Virus record (IMG/VR): IMGVR_UViG_3300033121_000971
Coordinates: 95,517-159,516 of that record
DNA length: 64,000 nucleotides
Reading direction: 5' to 3' (one strand)
From: a virus
Taxonomy: Duplodnaviria; Caudoviricetes
Notes under the pieces: generated by a model
Seen by the model: only the letters and a program-made list of their open reading frames with translations
Told to the model about the DNA's origin: nothing
Databases searched by the model: none
In this document: positions 63,820 through 64,000 of the stretch, in pieces
Layout: each line of letters starts with the position of its first letter
How positions within the stretch are numbered: position 1 is the first letter of the stretch
Position numbers and translations under genes: made by a program

Positions 63820-64000
63820 AGGAGTATAACAATGTTAACAGGACACACAAAGAAAATAATTAACGGAGAACAGAAATGAAAATAAACATAGTAGTAGAAT
63901 TAGAGAATGAGAATTACTGTAACGGGTGTCCGTGTTTGAGAGGGTCAAAAGATTTTGATAGTGGCGTTTATTGTGGTAGATATAGAACGGAAATAATTCA

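Noticed and set aside
1-64000. Stop-codon recoding as in some large phages
   Set aside because: Long intact ORFs in code 11; TAA, TAG and TGA all end genes at sensible positions; no suppressor tRNA seen

Overview
AT-rich, single-orientation (essentially all + strand) 64-kb segment of a large lytic tailed phage (jumbo-phage-like) read in the standard genetic code. Layout: replication/recombination block (RNR C-terminus, family A DNA polymerase with an N-terminal UDG-like and a C-terminal nuclease-like domain, NinG, RNase H; 1-12.6 kb); glycosyltransferase/sugar-nucleotide cluster (9.3-20.3 kb); large terminase; RNA repair (Pnkp, RNA ligase); a Prs-like plus Nampt-like pair (NARP1-type NAD+ rebuilding); an HD alarmone-hydrolase-like gene; a putative late block with a 1829-aa modular virion protein; then many small early-type ORFs. 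The window holds 12 tRNA/tRNA-like genes. Repeated TTG-N20-TAnn(T/C)TTG promoters point to an FCB/Bacteroidota-related host. The most striking feature is at 57.3-61.5 kb: a 755-aa helical+TerD protein gene (possibly Ro60/TROVE-like) followed by a non-coding RNA cluster. The cluster has four copies of a ~70-nt motif with fully covarying stems, invariant unpaired segments and apical loops that in three copies resemble different tRNA anticodon loops, plus several larger structured RNAs. All calls come from reading motifs by eye; no searches were run.
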